This document shows, piece after piece, positions 8,929-18,198 of a stretch of DNA of 64,000 nt. Origin of the DNA: Limnochordia bacterium (GTDB taxonomy: Bacteria > Bacillota > Limnochordia > DTU080). Made by a program: the position numbers and the translations under genes. Each line of letters starts with the position of its first letter. The first letter of the stretch is position 1. Where the stretch lies: positions 160,001 through 224,000 of the forward strand of contig JBMNJG010000003.1 of NCBI GenBank assembly GCA_050951545.1. Reading direction: 5' to 3'. The notes under the pieces were generated by a model, which worked only from the letters and a program-made list of their open reading frames with translations, did not search any database and was not told where the DNA came from.

Positions 8929-10053
8929 TCAATAGCCCAACGCCAAGCGTACCCCTAGGGCAAATAGCCTTAACCACTGGCGCAGGGTGTCTGACAACAG
9001 ACCCACCAACACAATAGGGATTAGAGCCGCTACAGCAATCTGCAAGAGGTGTCGAGCCCCAGGCTGGCCCGTGTATAACTGACTGACGCCTTTGGCGTCG
9101 ACAAGAACCGATCCTATTTTCAGACGAACCAAGAAGGTACTGGCCATACCTGGCCGTCCTTTCTCCAGGAAGTCGACCACACTGGAATGCGTACCCACGG
9201 CGACGATCAGCTGAGCCCCTAGCTGATACGCGATCAGCAAAGCTAGGTCCTCACTAGTGCCCGGAGCAGGTATAGCATGGGCTTGGAGACCCAGCTGATG
9301 CACACGGTCAAGTCCTGGAGCGCGACCATCAAGATAGGCTTGCACAACCAGCTCCGCACCACAAGCCAAGGTTGAGTCGCTGACGCTGTCCATGTCTCCG
9401 ACGATCATGTCCGGCATATGGCCACACTCGACCAGAGCATCGGCACCGCCATCGACCCCGATGAGCACCGGACGCATTTCCCTGATGTATGAGCTGATGG
9501 TCCTCAGATCCTGACGGTAATGGAGACCACGCACCACAACTAAGGCATGTCTTCCGCGAATGTTGACACGCAACGGAGGCAAGGGTAGCTCACCAACAAA
9601 AAAGGACTTCTCCTTCTTTGCGTAAACCAGAGTGTTATCGATGAATTCTTCCACCGTGCCGGAAAGGTTCTGCTGCGCTCGCCTTAGAGCGGTCTCCACG
9701 GTGGCTATGTCGAGAGGAGTCACCCTAGCTATCGGCCCGGAACTCGTATAGACCAGATCATCCTTAACCATCAGCGGTTCGCCATCGGCAACGGACATGA
9801 CACTCGGCCCAGCATTGTCAAAAAGGGGGATTCCACGCTCAAGCAGAAGGGCTGGGCCCTTGTTGGGGTAGCGCCCGCTAATCGACGAAGCCGCGTTAAT
9901 GACGGCTCGCACACGGGCAGATGCCAGACTATCGGCACCTACCTCATCCAGATCACGATGATCGATAACGGCAATATCCCCAACCTGCAAACGCTTAACT
10001 AGCTCTTTGGTACGCGTTCCCACACGTGCCACGCCGCATATTTCCACATACAC
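8929..10053 (-). CDS. steA: SteA family protein (thiamine pyrophosphokinase-like domain, C-terminal TM)
   Basis: RTKELVKRL..GDIAVIDH.DLD, SISGRYPN.GP, VVVRG..Y..DL, IGVDGGADAL, GMASTFLVRLKIG. Confidence 0.88.
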   Translation of the reverse strand: MYVEICGVARVGTRTKELVKRLQVGDIAVIDHRDLDEVGADSLASARVRAVINAASSISGRYPNKGPALLLERGIPLFDNAGPSVMSVADGEPLMVKDDLVYTSSGPIARVTPLDIATVETALRRAQQNLSGTVEEFIDNTLVYAKKEKSFFVGELPLPPLRVNIRGRHALVVVRGLHYRQDLRTISSYIREMRPVLIGVDGGADALVECGHMPDMIVGDMDSVSDSTLACGAELVVQAYLDGRAPGLDRVHQLGLQAHAIPAPGTSEDLALLIAYQLGAQLIVAVGTHSSVVDFLEKGRPGMASTFLVRLKIGSVLVDAKGVSQLYTGQPGARHLLQIAVAALIPIVLVGLLSDTLRQWLRLFALGVRLALGY

Positions 10054-10081
10054 GAACCTCCCCTAGTCGCCGTCTCGTTTC

Positions 10082-10110
10082 TAGTATCCACGGCGGCTAG
10101 GAAGCTATGC
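10082..10110 (-). promoter_or_regulatory. Putative SigF/SigG (forespore) promoter for the steA operon
   Basis: GCATA-14 bp-GTGGATACTA (equivalently GCATA-17 bp-GATACTA), close to the B. subtilis SigF/SigG consensus. Confidence 0.5.
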
Positions 10111-10877
10111 TAGCCAAGGCGCATCTGCATACGCACATGATCTGCCAATCGAGCAATGAATGAGGAGTTTGTGGGTTTGCCCCGATTCAGGTCCACTGAA
10201 TGCCCAAACAAGGCTTGAATCGCTGTGAGGTCTCCTCTGATCCAGGTTGATTCAACAGCGTGACGCATAGATCGTTCAACCTTCGACCAAGAGGAACTGC
10301 ACTGTACAGCAACTGTCGGATACAGCATCTTCGTCACTTGGCCAAGCAGCGAAGGGTCTTCTACCACCATGGTGATCGCCTGCTGCAAGTAAGCGAAACC
10401 CGAAAAGCGCGGTGGTACCCCCAACGTCTGGAGAAGCTGTGTTACTTGTAGCTCAACCTGTCGCCGCCGTTGTTGTGCCCGCATCTGCCGCCATACCGCC
10501 ATAGGCTGCGCGAGCTGAGTCAGCCGCAGCATCACCGTCGGCATGTCAAAAGGCTTCATGATGTAGTATCGGGCACCACCGGTCAACGCTTGAGCGATGT
10601 GCGCCTCCCCAGCGCAGGCACTCAGTATAATACTCTTGGGTCTTTGGTCCCAGCGGCGCAATGCCTGCAACACTTCAAAGGCATCTACAGGGTCGCTCTC
10701 GACAAGATCCATGACCAGAAGCTGCGCTTGATGCTTTTCCACAGCTTGCAGCACTTGGTAACCATCATGAACGGTAGATGCAAGGCGAAAATTAGAATGT
10801 CGAGCGATTTCTTCAGCGAACTCTGCGCAGAACTCGCGGTCTTGATCAGCCAAAATGACATCGCATGGGAGCGACAC
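10110..10877 (-). CDS. spo0A: Sporulation master regulator Spo0A (divergent)
   Basis: Receiver domain (phospho-Asp in LVMDL, IMKPFD) plus Spo0A_C (LGVP, TKMLYP, VERSMRHAVE, GKPTNS); syntenic after spoIVB. Confidence 0.88.
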   Translation of the reverse strand: MSLPCDVILADQDREFCAEFAEEIARHSNFRLASTVHDGYQVLQAVEKHQAQLLVMDLVESDPVDAFEVLQALRRWDQRPKSIILSACAGEAHIAQALTGGARYYIMKPFDMPTVMLRLTQLAQPMAVWRQMRAQQRRRQVELQVTQLLQTLGVPPRFSGFAYLQQAITMVVEDPSLLGQVTKMLYPTVAVQCSSSWSKVERSMRHAVESTWIRGDLTAIQALFGHSVDLNRGKPTNSSFIARLADHVRMQMRLG

Positions 10878-10911
10878 ACCGCTTCCCCCTTTTTTTCACA
10901 TTCATGTACGG

Positions 10912-12210
10912 CTAGGAAGCCTGCGGTGTCCACGAGATACTTTCACTGCGACGAGAATGAATGCCTGCTTCGTAGATCATCCACTCTGCCAGGATACCGA
11001 AACCGCGGGTCGGATCGTTGATATAGACGTGAGTGATTGCCCCGACCAGGCGGTTGTTCTGCAAGATCGGACTTCCTGACATGCCTTGCACGATGCCATT
11101 CGTCCGCCGTAGCAGGCGGGGATCAGTTACCCTAATGACTAGGCCCTTGCCATTGGACCGAAACTGGCGACTCACCTCAAGGATCTGAATCTGAAAAAGC
11201 TCCACGTTTTCGCCGTCCAGCACAGTCAGGATCTCAGCGGGACCCGGCGTGACCTCGTGCACCATGGCGACCGCGACGGAAGGCCGTGCTTGGTCAGGGA
11301 AGCGAAACAAGGTGCCGTAGATACCAAACCGCGTGTTGCTGTCTATGGTCCCTAAGGAACTGGCACCGTCCTCGAACAGCCCAAGCTTCTCGCCAGGCCG
11401 ACCTTTCACCCCAGGCTGAATGCCGTGGATATGCGCTGATACTATACGTCCGTCATCGACTGTCACGGGCTGGCGTTCGTCACTAGTGATCATGTGTCCG
11501 AGGGCGCCATAGCGCCGGGTTTGGGTATCCCAGAACGTAAGGGTACCCACGCCTGCAATCGGATCCTTGACAAGCACTCCCAACAGAAACCGATTCACAG
11601 CCCTGTTTCCATCGCTACCCAGCACCGGTTTCACTAGCAGGCGCTGCACCCGCCCGTCCCGCCTGACGACAACAGGTAACGCTGTCCCAAGCCTTCCGTA
11701 GCGCATGGCCTCCTCCTCAATTTGGCTGGGGTGGACGAGTTCCTTCTCACCCACACGCAAGATGAAGTCACCTGCTTTGATACCAGCGTCACGCGCTGGG
11801 TAATGAGTCTTGCCGTCGGATCCCATCACTGCAATGGTTCGCACCACCAACAGCCCCGAAGCTGAGAGCAACACACCTACTGACTGCCCTCCAGGAACCA
11901 CGCGCATCTCTGGCACCACATGGATTGTAGCCGCCCTCACTGGTAGGAAACCAAAGGCCCTCAACTGAAGACTGTGCTCACCCAACGCAGTCCCACACAG
12001 CACCGTTGCACCGTCCGCATGAGATAGGATACGATTGCTGTCGGCGGCCACCTCAGCAACGGTGAACAGGGGACCTGTATGCAAGACGTATTCCTGTCCA
12101 GGCAGCAGCCTGAGCTCACGCGGAAACTGAAACACATCCGGTGCAGCAGAGACCACAAGCATAAGCAGCACCATTACCCCCAGCACACCCGAGGTATTGG
12201 CCCTTGGCAA
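10912..12210 (-). CDS. spoIVB: SpoIVB peptidase S55
   Basis: PGGQSVGV, PDZ domain, AGVGTLTF, GALGH, GIVQGMSGSPILQ. Confidence 0.95.
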   Translation of the reverse strand: MPRANTSGVLGVMVLLMLVVSAAPDVFQFPRELRLLPGQEYVLHTGPLFTVAEVAADSNRILSHADGATVLCGTALGEHSLQLRAFGFLPVRAATIHVVPEMRVVPGGQSVGVLLSASGLLVVRTIAVMGSDGKTHYPARDAGIKAGDFILRVGEKELVHPSQIEEEAMRYGRLGTALPVVVRRDGRVQRLLVKPVLGSDGNRAVNRFLLGVLVKDPIAGVGTLTFWDTQTRRYGALGHMITSDERQPVTVDDGRIVSAHIHGIQPGVKGRPGEKLGLFEDGASSLGTIDSNTRFGIYGTLFRFPDQARPSVAVAMVHEVTPGPAEILTVLDGENVELFQIQILEVSRQFRSNGKGLVIRVTDPRLLRRTNGIVQGMSGSPILQNNRLVGAITHVYINDPTRGFGILAEWMIYEAGIHSRRSESISWTPQAS

Positions 12211-12244
12211 GGTTCCTCCTCCTCCCAGGCATCCGTCTGCCCGT

Positions 12245-12274
12245 TAGGATACCCGGGGGGGCAAGCTCAGTTTC
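12245..12274 (-). promoter_or_regulatory. Putative SigF/SigG promoter for spoIVB
   Basis: -10 GGGTATCCTA matches the SigF pattern; the -35 (GAAAC) is weak. spoIVB is forespore-expressed in B. subtilis. Confidence 0.35.
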
Positions 12275-12277
12275 TCT

Positions 12278-13993
12278 TTAGGGTCTGGCACCTTCCTGTG
12301 CTGAGGCCAGCATCTCCCTGGCATGTTCCAGGGTTGTCGGCGATTGTGTGCCATCGAGCATTCGAGCCAGCTCCGCAACACGCTCCTGAGCGGAAAGGAA
12401 GTGCAACTGCACCTGAGTGGACTGTCCGTGCGAACTCTTGTCAATCTGGATATGTGCGTCAGCTAGAGCGGCGATCTGGGCCAAATGAGTAACGCACAAC
12501 ACTTGGCGCTCGGACGCAATGGCCTGCAGCTTGCGACCTACTGCCTGAGCCGTGCGTCCGCCAATGCCAGCGTCAACCTCGTCAAAGACCAAGGTCGGCA
12601 CGTCATAGACAGAGGCCAAGACCGACTTGAGTGCGAGCATCACCCGAGAGAGCTCGCCACCCGAGGCTACCCTGGCCAGAGAACGTGGTTCCTCACCGGG
12701 ATTGGCGGATATGAGAAAGTCGCATTGATCAAACCCATCCGGGCGAACTGCCAGCCGAAGATCACCGGACTGCACACCGTCTGATTGCTCTTCACAGGTC
12801 AAGCCCACGCGAAACTGGGCTTTCTCCATGCTCAGGTCGCGCAATTCCCTCTCTACCGCCTCCGCAAGCTGCTCTGAAACCGCTAGGCGCTTGTCGTGCA
12901 ACTTCCAGGCTTGATCCAGGAGCGAAATCGCCAACTCCTTGACCACAGTTTCCAGCTCCGCCGCTCGCGTTTCGCCGGCCATCAGGCTCTCTAGCTCCTC
13001 CTCAGCAGAACGAGCAAAAGTCAGGACCTCGTCTATCGTGCGACCATACTTACGCTTGAGCCCGTGGATCAAACTCAGGCGAGATTGGACTTCATCTAAT
13101 CGCCGTGGATCCATCCTGATATCTTCTCGACGATGCCGCACCTCTCTGGCAACATCTGCGAGCAGTGATTCGATGCCCTCCAAGGCCGCTAGCATATCGC
13201 GGCAAGAAGTGTCCATGCGGGACACCTCTGTCAAGTTCACTACGGCTTTGCCTAACAGATCGGCTGCTGCGCTACTCTCATTCTCGTAAAGCGCGGCATA
13301 TGCTTCATCAAGTTCCTTGGCCAGCTCACCTGCATTGGCCAGTACGGAGCGTTCCTGTTCCAGCTCCTCCTCTTCACCTGCGCGCAACTGCGCCGCGGCG
13401 ATCTCCTCGCATTGGTAGCGCAGAAGCTCAAGGCGCTGCAGGCGTTCACGCTCGTTGTCAATCAGATCTGTCAGTTCGCGTCGACGCTCCCGATACAGCG
13501 ACGCCAGTTCGGCCACTTGATCCCGGAGCTTCGCGATCTCGGTTCCACCGAAAGCGTCAAGCATCTCAAGCTGCCGTGAAGCGACGAGCAACCCCTGATG
13601 CTCATGCTGACTGTGGATGTCCACAAGCACCTCACTCAGTTGCTGCAACAACGAGAGGGTTGCTATCTGTCCGTTCACACGATAGCGGCTCCGACCCGAT
13701 CTCATGATCTCACGGCTCAGCACGCAGCAATCTTCGGGAGTGATACCCGCCTGCCGGAGAATAGCATCCGTCTTGACGTGTGGCGCAAACGCCGCCTCTA
13801 TGAGAGCTGATTCGGCACCCGTGCGGATAACATCAGCAGCTACCACGCGGCCGCCAAGCACCGCGGCGAGAGCATCGACCACAATGGACTTCCCAGTACC
13901 TGTCTCGCCAGTCAGGGCAGTCAGTCCACTACCAAAAGCGATATCAAGGCGGTCAATCAAGACGAAATCCCTAATGTGAAGATCTAAGAGCAC
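12278..13993 (-). CDS. recN: DNA repair protein RecN
   Basis: TGETGTGKS, ASGGELSRVMLALK, VFDEVDAGIGG, VTHLAQIA. Confidence 0.97.
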   Translation of the reverse strand: MLLDLHIRDFVLIDRLDIAFGSGLTALTGETGTGKSIVVDALAAVLGGRVVAADVIRTGAESALIEAAFAPHVKTDAILRQAGITPEDCCVLSREIMRSGRSRYRVNGQIATLSLLQQLSEVLVDIHSQHEHQGLLVASRQLEMLDAFGGTEIAKLRDQVAELASLYRERRRELTDLIDNERERLQRLELLRYQCEEIAAAQLRAGEEEELEQERSVLANAGELAKELDEAYAALYENESSAAADLLGKAVVNLTEVSRMDTSCRDMLAALEGIESLLADVAREVRHRREDIRMDPRRLDEVQSRLSLIHGLKRKYGRTIDEVLTFARSAEEELESLMAGETRAAELETVVKELAISLLDQAWKLHDKRLAVSEQLAEAVERELRDLSMEKAQFRVGLTCEEQSDGVQSGDLRLAVRPDGFDQCDFLISANPGEEPRSLARVASGGELSRVMLALKSVLASVYDVPTLVFDEVDAGIGGRTAQAVGRKLQAIASERQVLCVTHLAQIAALADAHIQIDKSSHGQSTQVQLHFLSAQERVAELARMLDGTQSPTTLEHAREMLASAQEGARP

Positions 13994-14011
13994 CGCCCTG
14001 CCCCCTCCAAC

Positions 14012-14494
14012 CTACTCCATGGGCCTCCCCCATAGCCTAAATAACTCAGCCTCCAATGCTAGAACAGCAGCCCGGTGCCGTCCCTCTTCATGCGGCTCGC
14101 GGACCACGATCAGCAGAACATCATCTCCAGCCAGGGTGGCTGCCACATTGTCGAGCTTTACCTCGTCAATACTCGCTGCTACCGCGTTGGCAGAGCCTGG
14201 GCTTGTCTTCACTACGAGCAAAGAACCACTCCGCTCAATGCCCACAACGAATTGGGCGAAGTTCTGTCTCGCCCGACCGAGCGTATCGCTCGCCAGTGTA
14301 GGCGCTGGCTCGGCGTAACGATAGCCAACTTCATCGGGTACTTTCACCAACCCTAGCTCCCGGATGTCTCGGGAGACTGTTGCCTGAGTTACCTCCATGC
14401 CTTCAGCAGCCAGAGCCTGCGCCAACTCCTCCTGAGTTGTCACGACCCGCTCAGCAATGATCCTGCGGATAGCCTCGTGGCGCCGTATCTTCAC
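14012..14494 (-). CDS. argR: Arginine repressor
   Basis: TQEEL, VTQATVSRDIRELGLVKV, LAGDD. Start moved to GTG 14494 after GGAGGG. Confidence 0.95.
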   Translation of the reverse strand: MKIRRHEAIRRIIAERVVTTQEELAQALAAEGMEVTQATVSRDIRELGLVKVPDEVGYRYAEPAPTLASDTLGRARQNFAQFVVGIERSGSLLVVKTSPGSANAVAASIDEVKLDNVAATLAGDDVLLIVVREPHEEGRHRAAVLALEAELFRLWGRPME

Positions 14495-15365
14495 GCTCGT
14501 CCCTCCAAACGTGTGGATTGCGGAGATGGATCCCGAGCACATCGTAGAACGTACGCCCGTTAAAGTGAATGAGCTTAGTGACGGCCTCCGCACGCCGGAC
14601 AAGGATGTCATCGCCAACCATCAATCTGGTCCCGGCCTGCCCATCAACACTCAGCAGCAGCTCATCATCGTGGCCAAGTGTCTCAGCCCTAACGCGAATT
14701 TCGTCTTCACCTCGCACCACGACGGCTCTGGCCCCCAGTGAGTGAGGGCAGATCGGCGTAACAACCATACCGTCAACAGCAGGATGCACTACGGGGCCTC
14801 CCGCCGATAGCGAATACGCGGTAGAGCCTGTTGGCGTCGCCACAATCAGCCCGTCGCCCACAAACCTACCCAAGGTCGACTTGCCTACCGAGGCCTCGAG
14901 GCTGATCATGCGAGCAAACGTACCCCGAGCGATGACAATGTCATTGAGGCCCCGGTGCGTGGAGTGGCATTTCCCTCCGCGCCATACACAGGCTTCAACC
15001 ATCATCCGCTCTTCGACCGCGAAGTCGCCTATCAGCAGCCGTTGAACGGCTTCATCGAGTTCATCTGGCTCAATAGCTGCCAAGAACCCCATCCGCCCAA
15101 GATTCACAGCTAAGATGGGGATATCCAGTCCGTATAACAATCTGGACACCATCAGCAATGCGCCGTCGCCGCCCAGTACAATCGCCGCCTCGGCACTGTG
15201 GAGCGCCTCAACATCACAACGTACATGTGGCAGCGGCAGAACAGCTGCCGCCTCGAAACTTGTGCAGACAACAACTCCAGCATCAAGAAGACGCGGCACC
15301 AAAGAACGAGCCAGGTCAACCGCTTTGGGTTTGCCAGTGTGAGGCAGCAACGCTATGGTGCGCAT
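14451..15365 (-). CDS. nadK: NAD kinase
   Basis: LGGDG, NLGRMGFL, DGLIVATPTGSTAYSLSAGGP. Confidence 0.96.
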   Translation of the reverse strand: MRTIALLPHTGKPKAVDLARSLVPRLLDAGVVVCTSFEAAAVLPLPHVRCDVEALHSAEAAIVLGGDGALLMVSRLLYGLDIPILAVNLGRMGFLAAIEPDELDEAVQRLLIGDFAVEERMMVEACVWRGGKCHSTHRGLNDIVIARGTFARMISLEASVGKSTLGRFVGDGLIVATPTGSTAYSLSAGGPVVHPAVDGMVVTPICPHSLGARAVVVRGEDEIRVRAETLGHDDELLLSVDGQAGTRLMVGDDILVRRAEAVTKLIHFNGRTFYDVLGIHLRNPHVWRDEREDTAPRGYPQDHC

Positions 15366-15412
15366 GCGCGATTTCCTCCGAAAGAAGCTTGCGACGTTGA
15401 ACGGGAGTTAGT

Positions 15413-16231
15413 TCAAGGCTCGCGCGAACTCAGCTCCTGTTGGGCCTGTTCCACAATGGCCCACAACTGGCCTTTTACACTCTGTCCCACAGTAGACTGA
15501 GGAGCCATCGACATGTGCATGAGAAACTCAGTGTTTCCTTTGGGTCCCTTGATAGGTGAATGGGTGATAGCACAGACGGCAAGTTCCAGAGAGTCGGCGA
15601 AGGTAACCACGTCCTCCAACACCCGCACATGCACACGAGGATCACGAACAACGCCTCGCCTACCGACGAATTCCCGCTCTGCTTCAAATTGAGGTTTCAC
15701 CAGGGCCACGATATCTCCTTTTGGCACCAGAAGGCGAACCACGGCTGGCAAGACCTTGCTGAGCGAGATGAAGGCCACGTCAATCGTGGCTATCCCAACG
15801 GCTGGCATCTGGCTGGGCTCAAGTGAGCGGATGTTGGTCCGTTCAAGCACGGTCACCCGAGGATCATTCCGCAACTGCCAGTCCAGCAGCCCGTAGCCCA
15901 CATCCACGGCCCAGACGTGACGCGCTCCGTGCTGAAGCAAGCAGTCCGTAAAGCCTCCTGTAGACGCCCCGACATCCACGGCATCGCGGCCCTCAACTGC
16001 CACTTGAAAGACTCGTAGCGCCTTCTCCAGCTTCAGCCCGCCGCGCGAGACGTAACGCGGGGTCTGCGGCCGCAGCTCGATTTCGGCGGTGCTAGCCACG
16101 CTCGCGCCCGCCTTGGATTCTAGGCGGCCATCTACGTAGACCTCACCGGCCATTATCGAACGGCGAGCCTGCTCGCGGCTAGCAAACAGACCACACTGTA
16201 CCATAAAGGCGTCCAGCCGCACCCTTTTCAC
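15413..16231 (-). CDS. tlyA: TlyA family rRNA 2'-O-methyltransferase
   Basis: S4 domain (RLD), YVSRGGLKL, DVGASTGGFTD, LVKPQFEA. Start moved to GTG 16231. Confidence 0.95.
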   Translation of the reverse strand: MKRVRLDAFMVQCGLFASREQARRSIMAGEVYVDGRLESKAGASVASTAEIELRPQTPRYVSRGGLKLEKALRVFQVAVEGRDAVDVGASTGGFTDCLLQHGARHVWAVDVGYGLLDWQLRNDPRVTVLERTNIRSLEPSQMPAVGIATIDVAFISLSKVLPAVVRLLVPKGDIVALVKPQFEAEREFVGRRGVVRDPRVHVRVLEDVVTFADSLELAVCAITHSPIKGPKGNTEFLMHMSMAPQSTVGQSVKGQLWAIVEQAQQELSSREP

Positions 16232-18129
16232 TGGACCACCGCCGACCCCTTCCACACCTCACTGCCTCTGAGAAGCTGCTCCGCAGCAGAGGCAATATCT
16301 GACGGCCTGAGACGTACCAACTCTAGCAGCCTCTCTGTAGGTCCGTGCTCAACAAAGACATCTGGTATGCCCAAGCAGCGTACGGGAGTCACCCGCCCAT
16401 GCTTCACCAAAGTCTCGAGCACGGCGGAACCAAAGCCACCGATCAGTGCATTCTCCTCCACCGTCACCAGACAACCGCACGCCTGCGCGAGCGAAAGAAC
16501 CAGCCCTTCATCGATAGGCTTCACGAAACGAGCGTCTACCACAGCCGCCATCACGCCCCGAGAGGCAAGCAGCTCGGCCGCTTGAAGCGAAGCATCGACC
16601 ATGGAACCCACAGCCAGAATGCCTACCTGCTCTCCCATGCGCAACAGCCTACCCTGGCCAATGGGTAATGCACTCGGCTGATGGTCGGCTGGGACATCGG
16701 TCGTGCCCCGTGGGTAGCGAATCGCGCACGGTCCAGAATGAGACAATGCCGTATAGAGCATATCGCGCAACTCTTGACCACTACTAGGTGCCATAATCAA
16801 CAAGTTGGGAATGGAGCGCAGAAATGACAAGTCGTAAGCCCCATGATGCGTGGGTCCGTCATCCCCCACGAGGCCACCTCGATCAAGACATAAGACCACG
16901 GGCAGATTCTGCATGCACACGTCATGAACGATCTGATCGTACGATCGCTGCATGAAAGTCGAGTAGACGGCGCACACTGGCCGCAGCCCTCCTGCGGCCA
17001 TGCCTGCAGCCACAGTAACCGCATGCTGCTCGGCAATGCCTACATCAAAGAACTGATCGGGCAGTTCTGCAGCAAATCTGTCTAGACCCGTTCCCTCGGG
17101 CATCGCCGCCGTAATGGCCACAATTCGCCTGTCTTTGCAGGCCAACTCTAGCAGCATTTCCCCAAATACATCAGAAAACGTAGGAGCAACACTTGACCGA
17201 TGACAGCTGTTGGCTGGCTTGAGAGCGTGTAACCGCCCTGGATCATTCTCAGCGGGAGCATAGCCCTTTCCTTTCTCAGTAATCGCGTGAATCAAGACTG
17301 GTCCGCCTCGGCCGATGGCCTCGCGCAACACTCGCTGCACCATGCCGATATCATGGCCGTCAATGGGCCCGTAGTAGGTGAAACCCAACTCCTCAAACAG
17401 AGCACCCGGAACGACCAGCGAGCGTACCGTGTCTTTGAACTTTTCCGCGGCCTTCCATACCTGACCGCCAATAGCGGGTATGCGACTGATCAGACGCTCG
17501 AGGTCCTCTCTGGCACGATGCAGCGTAGGATCCGTCCGCAACTGAGTCAGGTAGTTGGACAGCGCTCCTACATTGGGAGCGATGGACATCTCATTGTCGT
17601 TCAGCACAACCACAAGGTCCGTCTCTAGCTCACCAGCATGATTCATTGCTTCAAAGCTCATACCCGCCGTAAGCGCCCCATCACCTGTAATGGTGACCAC
17701 CTTGTACTTCTCTCCCAAAACGTCCCGGGCCAAGCAATACCCTAGCGCTGCTGAAATGGAGGTGCCAGCGTGCCCTGTGCCAAAAGCATCGTGAGGGCTT
17801 TCTGACATACGAGGAAAACCGCTAAGCCCGTGCAACTGACGCAGGGTGGCAAATTGTAGACGCCGTCCCGTGACCAACTTGTGTGGATAGGCCTGGTGTC
17901 CCACGTCAAAAATCAGCTTATCGACCGGGCTGCTGATCACCGAATGAACGGCGAGAATGATCTCCACCGCACCCAAGTTGGCGCCCAGATGGCCCCCCGT
18001 CTGCTTGACGGTATTCACGATCTCCTCACGTATCTCAGCAGCCAGATCGCGAAGGCCATCAACGCTCAGTCGGTGCAGATCCGCTGGCGAGTCTATGCTA
18101 TCAAGAATGCGAACCACCTGGGTCATCAC
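16228..18129 (-). CDS. dxs: 1-deoxy-D-xylulose-5-phosphate synthase
   Basis: GGHLGANLG, DVGHQAYPHK, GDGALTAG, DVGIAEQHA, DRGGLVGDDGPTHHG. Confidence 0.97.
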   Translation of the reverse strand: MMTQVVRILDSIDSPADLHRLSVDGLRDLAAEIREEIVNTVKQTGGHLGANLGAVEIILAVHSVISSPVDKLIFDVGHQAYPHKLVTGRRLQFATLRQLHGLSGFPRMSESPHDAFGTGHAGTSISAALGYCLARDVLGEKYKVVTITGDGALTAGMSFEAMNHAGELETDLVVVLNDNEMSIAPNVGALSNYLTQLRTDPTLHRAREDLERLISRIPAIGGQVWKAAEKFKDTVRSLVVPGALFEELGFTYYGPIDGHDIGMVQRVLREAIGRGGPVLIHAITEKGKGYAPAENDPGRLHALKPANSCHRSSVAPTFSDVFGEMLLELACKDRRIVAITAAMPEGTGLDRFAAELPDQFFDVGIAEQHAVTVAAGMAAGGLRPVCAVYSTFMQRSYDQIVHDVCMQNLPVVLCLDRGGLVGDDGPTHHGAYDLSFLRSIPNLLIMAPSSGQELRDMLYTALSHSGPCAIRYPRGTTDVPADHQPSALPIGQGRLLRMGEQVGILAVGSMVDASLQAAELLASRGVMAAVVDARFVKPIDEGLVLSLAQACGCLVTVEENALIGGFGSAVLETLVKHGRVTPVRCLGIPDVFVEHGPTERLLELVRLRPSDIASAAEQLLRGSEVWKGSAVVQ

Positions 18130-18198
18130 CTCTTCTCTCGCGAAGGGTTTCGTCGGAGACCAAGACACATAAAATGATCGCTGGCGCCAAGAGCTTAC

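Noticed and set aside
10900-10925. SigH promoter for spo0A (GCAGGCTT...GAAT)
   Set aside because: The AGG-to-GAAT spacing is 16 nt rather than the usual ~18, too weak to call.
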